Shown here: piece by piece, positions 25,889 to 32,876 of the stretch
Position numbering within the stretch: the stretch's first letter is position 1
Layout: each line of letters opens with the position of its first letter
Translations under genes and position numbers: made by a program
Notes under the pieces: generated by a model
What the model saw: only the letters and a program-made list of their open reading frames with translations
Database searches by the model: none
What the model was told of the DNA's origin: nothing
Virus record (IMG/VR): IMGVR_UViG_3300037510_000211
Span: 1 to 35,838 of that record
DNA: 35,838 nt
From: a virus
Taxonomy: Duplodnaviria > Caudoviricetes
Reading direction: 5' to 3' (one strand)

Positions 25889-25918
25889 AGGGGAGTGGGG
25901 CCTTCGGGCTCCCTCCCT
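25889..25918 (+). terminator. cUUCGg hairpin after the capsid gene
   Basis: GGGAGTGGGGC-CTTCGG-GCTCCCTCCC; no U-tract. Confidence 0.5.
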
Positions 25919-25944
25919 CCCCCGATCCCCAAGGAGGATCACCG

Positions 25945-26547
25945 ATGGCTACCGCCAAGAAGGCCGCCGCGAAGGCGACCCCGAAGAAGCTCGACACCAC
26001 CAAGGACACCGAGGTCGTCGACCGGGACCAGCTCCCGGAGGCCGAGGAGTCGCAGGTCGGCCAGGACGGCTACGAGACCAGCACGGCCAAGCTCTACGGC
26101 GAGGCCCTGGACAAGCAGCCCGAGGGCGCCCCGCTCGCGCCGCACGTCGGCATGCTCGACAGCGACGGGGAGGTGGCCGCCCGGACCGCACCCGACGCCG
26201 AGGCGGACGGCAAGTTCCGGCACACCTTCACGATCAGCGGGCGCGACTACGACGAGAACGCCGACAACGACGACATGCATCGCGCCAACGAGGTGGCCAC
26301 CCTCCAAAACGCCCTGAACAAGGGCGTGCACCCGAAGGGTGAGGCGTACCTCGAATCGAGCGAGCGCACGCAGGACGGGTCGGTCAACCTGACCTACGCG
26401 GTCGAGTCGATCCCGGCCCACGAGGACGAGGCGCCCGGCGACAGCCAGGTGCCCTCGAAGGCGATCGACGACATGGGCGGCTCGACCGTCGAGCACGCGC
26501 AGAACAGCGTGCGCTTCGGCACGGCGACCGCCGACGACACGAAGTGA
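25945..26547 (+). CDS. Acidic hypothetical head-associated protein (200 aa)
   Basis: AAGGAGG RBS; K/A-rich N-terminus; follows the capsid gene. Confidence 0.75.
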   Translation: MATAKKAAAKATPKKLDTTKDTEVVDRDQLPEAEESQVGQDGYETSTAKLYGEALDKQPEGAPLAPHVGMLDSDGEVAARTAPDAEADGKFRHTFTISGRDYDENADNDDMHRANEVATLQNALNKGVHPKGEAYLESSERTQDGSVNLTYAVESIPAHEDEAPGDSQVPSKAIDDMGGSTVEHAQNSVRFGTATADDTK

Positions 26548-26550
26548 GCC

Positions 26551-26599
26551 CCGGCCGGGGAGGTGTTGGGGGTGGGCCTCCTTCCGCCTCCCCGGCCGG
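26551..26599 (+). terminator. Strong hairpin (terminator or processing site)
   Basis: CCGGCCGGGGAGGTG / CGCCTCCCCGGCCGG followed by TCTT. Confidence 0.6.
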
Positions 26600-26620
26600 T
26601 CTTCCAGGAAGGGGTGAGGC

Positions 26621-27064
26621 ATGACGTACGCGACCACGGCCGACGTGCTGTCGGTGACCGGCGTCTCGGCGACGAGCGCGCAGCTCGCGCAGGCTGAGGC
26701 GGTCGTCACGATCTACGCCAACCGCACCCCGACCGCCAGCGCCAGCTTCGGCCAGCGGGACCTGTACTGGCTCCAGCAGGCGACGTGCTGGCAGGCCGCA
26801 TGGCAGAGCCAGAAGTACGGCTACACCCAGCGCGACAACGCCACCTCCCTGATGCAGGACGGCTTGCAGGTCGAGCGAGACACCGAGCACTCGGTCACCC
26901 TCGCCCCGCTGGCCGCCCGCGCGCTGAAGAACCTCTCGTGGAAGACCAACCGGACGATCCGGGGGTCGAACATCCACGTGCCGCTCGGCGCGGGCCTGCG
27001 GGACTTCACGCTGGAGTCCAGCGACGCGTTCTCGGACTGGCAGCCGTTGGAGGGGGTGGGCTGA
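26621..27064 (+). CDS. Head-to-tail adaptor
   Basis: MTYATTADV start, LQQATCWQAAW, LAPLAARAL; position. Confidence 0.75.
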   Translation: MTYATTADVLSVTGVSATSAQLAQAEAVVTIYANRTPTASASFGQRDLYWLQQATCWQAAWQSQKYGYTQRDNATSLMQDGLQVERDTEHSVTLAPLAARALKNLSWKTNRTIRGSNIHVPLGAGLRDFTLESSDAFSDWQPLEGVG

Positions 27065-27066
27065 TC

Positions 27067-27222
27067 ATGCCGTTCCGCAGCAAGGCACAGTGGCGCTTCG
27101 CCTTCGCGACCCACAAGAGCTGGGCGCGCCGGTGGGCGCACGAGACCCCGAGCTACCGGGCGCTGCCGCGCCGCAAGGGCCAGGGGTCCGTGGCCCGGCG
27201 TGCTCGGGCGAAGGCCACCTGA
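27067..27222 (+). CDS. Small Arg/Lys/Trp-rich protein (51 aa)
   Basis: MPFRSKAQWRFAFATHKSWARRWAHETP...; exactly fills the gap, TGATG coupling to the next gene. Confidence 0.75.
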   Translation: MPFRSKAQWRFAFATHKSWARRWAHETPSYRALPRRKGQGSVARRARAKAT

Positions 27223-27551
27223 TGCAGGCCGTACCGACGACCACGATCTCGATCCTGGGCGGCTCGACCACGGACACCTGGGACGACACCTACGACGGGA
27301 CGACGGTCTCCGCCTCCGGCGTGCTGGCCTCGATCTTGGAGCAGCGCCAGTTGGTCACCACGGCCGCCGACAGCCGCGCGCAGGTGGTCCGGTTCTACAC
27401 CGGGCGGGTCGGGCCGGAGGTCGCGATCACCACGGCGAACCGCATCCGGGACGAGGTGACCGGCGACATCTACGTGATCGACAACGTGTCGCGCCTGGGT
27501 AACCCCTTCGCCCCCCAGGATGTACGATTGGACCTACGCAGGGCCACCTGA
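27222..27551 (+). CDS. Head-to-tail stopper/closure protein
   Basis: 109 aa; DTWDD, RIRDEVTGDIYVIDNV, RLDLRR; position. Confidence 0.7.
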   Translation: MQAVPTTTISILGGSTTDTWDDTYDGTTVSASGVLASILEQRQLVTTAADSRAQVVRFYTGRVGPEVAITTANRIRDEVTGDIYVIDNVSRLGNPFAPQDVRLDLRRAT

Positions 27552-27614
27552 TCGCCAGCCGGACAACGGATGGAGGCAGGCCCCGCAGCCCGAGCCGAAA
27601 AGGCGGTGGTGTCG

Positions 27615-27914
27615 ATGCCTGGTGCCCGTTACCGCACTGATCACATCGGCATGGCCCGGCTCGGGCGGGTCGCTCCCCAAGTGGTTGAGCAGGTGACCAA
27701 GGAAGTCGCCACTGACATGCGCCGCTTCGTGCCGGTCGACACCGGCGCGCTGCGCGAGTCGATCCGGGAAGAGCACGACGGGCTCAAGGGCCGCGTCTGG
27801 GTCGGCACCGACCACTGGAAGTACCCGGAGTACGGCACGCGGTACCAGCGCGCCCAACCGTATGCCCGTCCGGCCCTCTACCGGATTCGCGTCGTGGCGA
27901 GGGTGCACGTCTGA
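27615..27914 (+). CDS. HK97 gp10-like tail completion protein
   Basis: VPVDTGALRESI, YPEYGT, AQPYARPAL. Confidence 0.85.
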   Translation: MPGARYRTDHIGMARLGRVAPQVVEQVTKEVATDMRRFVPVDTGALRESIREEHDGLKGRVWVGTDHWKYPEYGTRYQRAQPYARPALYRIRVVARVHV

Positions 27915-28357
27915 TGGGCCACCACCCGAACACCGAGCTGGTGACCGTCGCGCTGCTGAAGACCGTGCCGGGCCTGGGTTCCAACGTGGCCACCGACCTG
28001 CCCTCGGACAACTCCACGTGGTCCGCCTCCGGCTTCGTGCAGGTGATGACGGTCGGCGGCACGCCGGACGCCTACCTCCCGCTGGCCCGGCCGATCGTCT
28101 CCGTGGACTGCTGGGCGGTCTCGCCCTCCAGCTCGAAGCCCCCGTGGGGGAAGGCGAACGGGCTCGCCGAGTACATCCGGGACGCGGTGCACGGCGGCAT
28201 CGTGCTGCCCAAGCGGGTCTCGCTGGGCGTCAACTACAACTCGGCCGACGTGCTCGGGGCCTGGATGCTCACCGAGCCGCGCCGGATCGTGGACGACGAC
28301 GCCGACTACGCGCACTTCACCTTCGATCTCCAGGTCGATTGGGTGGAGGTGTCGTGA
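27914..28357 (+). CDS. Tail terminator protein
   Basis: 147 aa; FVQV..VGG, PIVSVDCWA, KPPWGKA; position before the major tail gene. Confidence 0.7.
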   Translation: MGHHPNTELVTVALLKTVPGLGSNVATDLPSDNSTWSASGFVQVMTVGGTPDAYLPLARPIVSVDCWAVSPSSSKPPWGKANGLAEYIRDAVHGGIVLPKRVSLGVNYNSADVLGAWMLTEPRRIVDDDADYAHFTFDLQVDWVEVS

Positions 28358-28584
28358 CGTACGCGCTCGTGGGTGCCCGTACCGGCGACCTGTTGACGTA
28401 TCAGGGCAGGCCCCTGGTGCACGGCGACCGCGCCGAGATGGAGTGGCTGTTCCCCTCCTCCCGGGTCGTGGCCGTTTCCGAGCGGGACCTCCAGGCTCGC
28501 TCTCCACTCCCCCCGCTCCCGATCAGGGAGCACCCCGGCTTGGCCCACATCGAGTGGCCGCTGACCAGGGATCAGTTCCGATGA
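28354..28584 (+). CDS. Hypothetical protein (76 aa)
   Basis: GTGA overlap, GGAGG RBS; LLTYQGRPLVHGDRAEMEWLFP. Confidence 0.7.
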   Translation: MTYALVGARTGDLLTYQGRPLVHGDRAEMEWLFPSSRVVAVSERDLQARSPLPPLPIREHPGLAHIEWPLTRDQFR

Positions 28585-28595
28585 AGGAGGACCCC

Positions 28596-28778
28596 ATGGC
28601 CGACACCTGGCCGAAGACGGTCCGGGCCACGTTCCAGCCGGATGTCCCGCTGGAAGTGGACGAGGCCGAGTACACCGACCTTCAGCGCCAGGGCCTCCTG
28701 GTCGATGACGGGTCGGCCAACGAGGAGACCGCCGCGAAGCTCAAGGCAGCGCGGGCCGAGAAGGAGGGTGACAAGTAA
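28596..28778 (+). CDS. Hypothetical protein (60 aa)
   Basis: AAGGAGG RBS; TAATG overlap with the major tail gene. Confidence 0.75.
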   Translation: MADTWPKTVRATFQPDVPLEVDEAEYTDLQRQGLLVDDGSANEETAAKLKAARAEKEGDK

Positions 28779-29353
28779 TGGCCGTCACCGTGACCAACCT
28801 GATCCAGGGGCCGGGCACGCTCTACACCGGTGCCTTCGGTGCGACCGAGCCCGCCGACTCTGCGGTCAACGCTGCCCCGTCCAGCTCGACCTGGACCGAT
28901 GTCGGCGCGACCCAGGACGGTGTGACGCTCAACGTCAACGTCGAGTACGCCGAGCTGGAGGTCGACCAGATCATCGACACTCCAGAGCGCCGGATCACCA
29001 AGCGGGACGTGCAGCTCGCCACCAACATGGCGGAGCCGACGCTCGCGAACCTGGCGCTGGTGCTCAACGGTGGCACCGTGACCGCCTCGGCGGCCTACGC
29101 CACCTACGACCCGGCCGACGACGTGTCGAGCACCCAGCCAACCTACAAGGCCCTGCTCTTCCGGGGGTGGGCGCCGCGTACCAGCGCGAGCGCGATCATG
29201 TACCGCAACGTGGTCGTGCGCAAGGTGCTCTCGATCGAGGGCATCGAGACCGCGTACAAGAAGGACGACCAGACGCTCTTCCCGGTCACCTTCGCGTCGC
29301 ACTGGGTCTCCAGCTCGATCAAGCCGTTCCGGATCATCGACCAGCTCACGTAA
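28778..29353 (+). CDS. Major tail (tube) protein
   Basis: NLIQGPGTLY, WTDVGATQDGVTL, LEVDQI, TNMAEPTLANL, YKKDDQTLFPVTF. Confidence 0.88.
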   Translation: MAVTVTNLIQGPGTLYTGAFGATEPADSAVNAAPSSSTWTDVGATQDGVTLNVNVEYAELEVDQIIDTPERRITKRDVQLATNMAEPTLANLALVLNGGTVTASAAYATYDPADDVSSTQPTYKALLFRGWAPRTSASAIMYRNVVVRKVLSIEGIETAYKKDDQTLFPVTFASHWVSSSIKPFRIIDQLT

Positions 29354-29363
29354 TCGGGGGAGT

Positions 29364-29486
29364 GGAGGAAGCGGAGGAAGCCTCCCTCCTACGCGTACGT
29401 GAGAAAACATGTCCCTAGGGCGCGCTACGCGATACGTGTACGTGTTCCGGGGGAGAGGGGCCGGGGGCATCTCCTCCGCTTCCTCC
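29364..29486. repeat. 123-bp inverted-repeat element copy B
   Basis: Perfect 17-bp IR GTGGAGGAAGCGGAGGA at 29362-29378 and 29472-29488; same internal boxes at the same offsets as copy A. Confidence 0.8.
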
Positions 29487-29526
29487 ACCCCCTCCCTGAG
29501 ATCGAACCGAATGTGAGGCCCACACC

Positions 29527-29904
29527 ATGCAGATCAACGAGAGCACGATCGAGCCGGAGGTCGACGGACCGGCCGCCAGCGACCCCACCCCTCCCGAGGG
29601 GCAGGTCGAGCTGTTCCGGCTCAGCGACGACCCCGAGGACATCTTCTACATCCCGTCCAAGATCGGCCCCAACGTCTCGATCAAGTACCTCCGGGACGTG
29701 AAGAAGCACGGCGAGACCTACGCGCTGGCCGCGCTCATGGAGCGCGTGCTCGGCGAGGAGGCGATGGACGCCCTCTCCGAGTACGAGGATCTGACCGAGG
29801 AAGAGATGGACCGGATCGGCAAGATCATCGAGAAGTACGTGATGGGCGCAGGCCCTTTGGCGGGGAACCGGGCGGCTCGACGTTCGGGTGGGTCGCGTCG
29901 CTGA
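29527..29904 (+). CDS. Tail assembly chaperone (G-like)
   Basis: Between the major tail and tape measure genes; in-phase slippery heptamer C CCT TTG at 29853-29859. Confidence 0.85.
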   Translation: MQINESTIEPEVDGPAASDPTPPEGQVELFRLSDDPEDIFYIPSKIGPNVSIKYLRDVKKHGETYALAALMERVLGEEAMDALSEYEDLTEEEMDRIGKIIEKYVMGAGPLAGNRAARRSGGSRR

Positions 29905-30212
29905 TGGAGCGCACGGGAGAGGTGTTGTGGGTGACCGACCATATGGACGACCTGGACGCCGACTTCCGCGTGTTCTACCGCGTCGAGGGGATCGGGGAGG
30001 AGGACTTCGGCGGGATGACCGGCCCGAGGTTCTTCGCCCTGGCGGAACGCACCTTCGCCTATGAGGGCGTCATGGCCGCCCGGCAGGCGGCCGAGCAGGC
30101 GGAGCGTTCCCCCTCCTCCCCAACGGCCGCCCGGCCGGATGTACGAGAGGTGCCGTCCGACCAGGCGGCCCTGAAGATGGACCCGGTGCTCTCCGGGTTG
30201 ATCGACTTCTAG
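29853..30212 (+). CDS. Tail assembly chaperone extension (T-like, -1 frameshift; alternative ATG 29904)
   Basis: The -1 frame is open from the heptamer to TAG 30210-30212; DLDADFRVFYR...RFFALAER. Confidence 0.75.
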   Translation, partial: PFGGEPGGSTFGWVASLMERTGEVLWVTDHMDDLDADFRVFYRVEGIGEEDFGGMTGPRFFALAERTFAYEGVMAARQAAEQAERSPSSPTAARPDVREVPSDQAALKMDPVLSGLIDF

Positions 30213-30225
30213 CGAGGAGGTGACC

Positions 30226-32493
30226 GTGGCAGCCGGATTCCGGATCGCTCAGGCGTTCGTCGAGATCGAGGCGGAGGACAACACCCACCGTGGCCTGTCC
30301 CGCATCGGTACCACGGTCGCCCGCTGGGGCTCGAAGCTCGCCGAGGGCATCACGAAGTGGCTCGGCCAGGGGGCCGAGGAAGGCACCCAGACCGCCGCGT
30401 CCTTCTTCAATCAGTTCTTCAAGAACACCACCAGCGCGGCCATGTCGATGGCGACGAACGTCGGGACCGCCATCGCGGGGGCGGTCACGTCGGAGGCCGC
30501 GCTCACGGCCGGGACGGGCGGCATCAACCTGCTGGTGTCCGCCCTCCTGGCCGTGGCCGGTGCCGCAGCGGTGGCGGCGGCCGGGTTCGTCGCGCTGGCC
30601 CCGGTGGTGCTGCTCGCCGGTGGCGCGGTCGGCGCGCTGTTCACCGCGATTGCCGGTGGCGCGGCCTCGATCGCCGTGTTCAAGCTCGGCCTGTCCGGCG
30701 TCTCCGACGCCCTCGGCGAGGTGTCCGAGAAGGGCAAGGCCAGCAACGAGACGCTGAAGAAGCTCTCCCCCAACGCCCGCGCGTTCGTCAAGGCGTTCGA
30801 GGGCATCCAGAAGCCGCTGAAGGCGCTCAAGACCGCCGTGCAGGACCACCTGTTCGCCGGGATGGCCGAGTCGTTCAAGACCTTGGCACAGCGCTGGCTG
30901 CCCGCCCTGAAGCCGATGCTGACCGGGCTCGCCGACGTGTTCAGCGACATCGGGCGCAAGGCGTTCGACGCGCTGGGCAAGCCCGACTTCATCAAGAACA
31001 TCCAGACCGCCGTGGCCGGGTTCGGCGGCATGCTGTCGAAGATCGGCGCGAGCTTCCCCTCCCTGATCGACGCCTTCGGCCGCCTGGCCGCCGCGTCGGT
31101 GCCGTTCCTGGACAAGATCGGCGAGCTGGTCGGCGGCCTGATCACCAAGTTCGGTGACTGGATCAAGAAGATGGACGAGTCGGGCAAGCTCGGCGAGTTC
31201 ATGAAGCAGGCCGCCCAGGCGCTCCAGGACGTGTGGGACATCGGCGGCCTGGTCTTCGGCATCATCGGCGACATCGTGAAGATCCTCTTCCCCGGCTCGA
31301 AGCGCGAGTCTGACTCCTTCCTCGGCGGGGTGAAGGGGTTCCTGGAGGGCATCAAGTCCTGGCTGGACAACCCCGACAACCAGCAGAAGGTGCGCGACTG
31401 GATTCAGAAGTTCCAGGACTTCGTGGACAAGGTGCGCAACGAGTGGATTCCCAAGGCGATCGAGTGGGCCGAGAAGATCGGCGGCTGGATCTCCAAGGTC
31501 ACCGAGTGGATCGACAAGATCAAGGGGATCAAGGACACGATCGTCAACACCTGGGACGAGATCAAGACCTGGACCGAGAACAAGTGGAACGCCATCGTCG
31601 AGTTCTTCACCGGGCTGCCCGGCCGGATCATCGGCGCGATCACCGCGCTGCCCGGCCAGGTCGCGGGCGTGGTGTCGAGCATGGCGACGCAGGCGCTCTA
31701 CTGGATCGGGTACATGATCGGCTCGGCGATCGGCACGCTGCTCACGCTGCCCGGCCGGGCGGCCTCGGCCATCGCGTCGCTGCCCGGGGTGATCTCGAAC
31801 ATCTTCACCAACGCCAAGAACACGGCGGTCAACCTGGCCTCCAGCCTGCTCAGCTCGGCGGTGAGCTTCTTCTCGCAGTTGCCGGGCCGGGTCTCCGGCG
31901 CGTTGTCGGCACTGCCGGGCCTGGTGTCCAGCGCCTTCAACAGCGCCAAGAACGCGGCCGTGAACACGGCCAGCTCGATGGTCTCCTCGGCGATCGGAGT
32001 GATCCAGCGCATCCCCGGCATGGCCGCCAGTGCGCTGTCCGGCCTCGGCGGGGTGCTCGTCGGCGCGGGCCGGGCGCTGATCCAGGGCCTCATCGACGGC
32101 ATCAGCGCGAAGATCCCCTCCCTGAAGGGCCTGCTCTCCTCGGTGACGAACCTGATCCCGAGCTGGAAGGGTCCGATGGACCGGGACAAGAAGCTGCTCC
32201 AGCCTGCTGGTGCGGCCATCATGGGCGGCCTGATGCGGGGCATCGACTCCCAGACCCCGGCCCTACGCGACCAGCTCCAGGGGCTCACCGGCCAGATCGG
32301 CTCGCTTGGCGCGACCATCGGCCGGGGCGGGGCGACTGGCGGTCAGACCATCCACATTGAGAAGATCGTTCTCGACGCCAGCGGGATGAAGGACATCAAC
32401 GACTTGATCACGATGGTGCAGGGCGTCACCAAGACCGCCCGGCAGTACAGCGCCCGTGGCCGCGTGGCCACCCCAGCAGGAGGGCTCGTCTGA
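30226..32493 (+). CDS. Tape measure protein
   Basis: RIAQAFVEI start, A/G-rich helices, W-periodic and LPG repeats, GRALIQGLIDGI, KGP motif. Confidence 0.92.
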   Translation: MAAGFRIAQAFVEIEAEDNTHRGLSRIGTTVARWGSKLAEGITKWLGQGAEEGTQTAASFFNQFFKNTTSAAMSMATNVGTAIAGAVTSEAALTAGTGGINLLVSALLAVAGAAAVAAAGFVALAPVVLLAGGAVGALFTAIAGGAASIAVFKLGLSGVSDALGEVSEKGKASNETLKKLSPNARAFVKAFEGIQKPLKALKTAVQDHLFAGMAESFKTLAQRWLPALKPMLTGLADVFSDIGRKAFDALGKPDFIKNIQTAVAGFGGMLSKIGASFPSLIDAFGRLAAASVPFLDKIGELVGGLITKFGDWIKKMDESGKLGEFMKQAAQALQDVWDIGGLVFGIIGDIVKILFPGSKRESDSFLGGVKGFLEGIKSWLDNPDNQQKVRDWIQKFQDFVDKVRNEWIPKAIEWAEKIGGWISKVTEWIDKIKGIKDTIVNTWDEIKTWTENKWNAIVEFFTGLPGRIIGAITALPGQVAGVVSSMATQALYWIGYMIGSAIGTLLTLPGRAASAIASLPGVISNIFTNAKNTAVNLASSLLSSAVSFFSQLPGRVSGALSALPGLVSSAFNSAKNAAVNTASSMVSSAIGVIQRIPGMAASALSGLGGVLVGAGRALIQGLIDGISAKIPSLKGLLSSVTNLIPSWKGPMDRDKKLLQPAGAAIMGGLMRGIDSQTPALRDQLQGLTGQIGSLGATIGRGGATGGQTIHIEKIVLDASGMKDINDLITMVQGVTKTARQYSARGRVATPAGGLV

Positions 32494-32876
32494 TGGCCCA
32501 GCAGACGCTACGAGACAAGATTCTGGCGGCTCGCGCAGCGAACCCCGCCCAGGCCCGCCAGAGGGGCGCTGCGCTGCGCGCGCAGGCGGTGGTGGACCAG
32601 TTCACCGATCTGGCCAAGAACGCGCCACAGGGCCGCGTGGACTACGGCGGGGTGACCTTCTACTCGGTCACCGCGCTGCCCTTGGGCGGCATCGCCGTAC
32701 GCACCGCGCCGGACGCGATCGAGGACGACTTCCGGATCTTCAACCCGCCGACCCTCGTCCGTGACGCGGGCGGGGATCTGCTCGTGCACCGCAAGCCGCA
32801 CCGGGAAGACCCGCTCGGCGCGGTCGCCCGGGTGATCCTGGAGCTGCGCGCCGAGAAGGGGAGTGCACGCCGATGA
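32493..32876 (+). CDS. Hypothetical tail-region protein (127 aa)
   Basis: Coupled at both ends; FRIFNPPTLVRD...REDPLGA. Confidence 0.75.
   Translation: MAQQTLRDKILAARAANPAQARQRGAALRAQAVVDQFTDLAKNAPQGRVDYGGVTFYSVTALPLGGIAVRTAPDAIEDDFRIFNPPTLVRDAGGDLLVHRKPHREDPLGAVARVILELRAEKGSARR

Noticed and set aside
29495-29512. GGTTCGATC on the minus strand as a second T-loop
   Set aside because: No flanking T stem or acceptor stem.
31440-32060. Repeats in the tape measure gene (LPG.., NAKNTAVN/SAKNAAVN)
   Set aside because: Normal tape measure periodicity; there is no reverse transcriptase or TR/VR pair to suggest a DGR.
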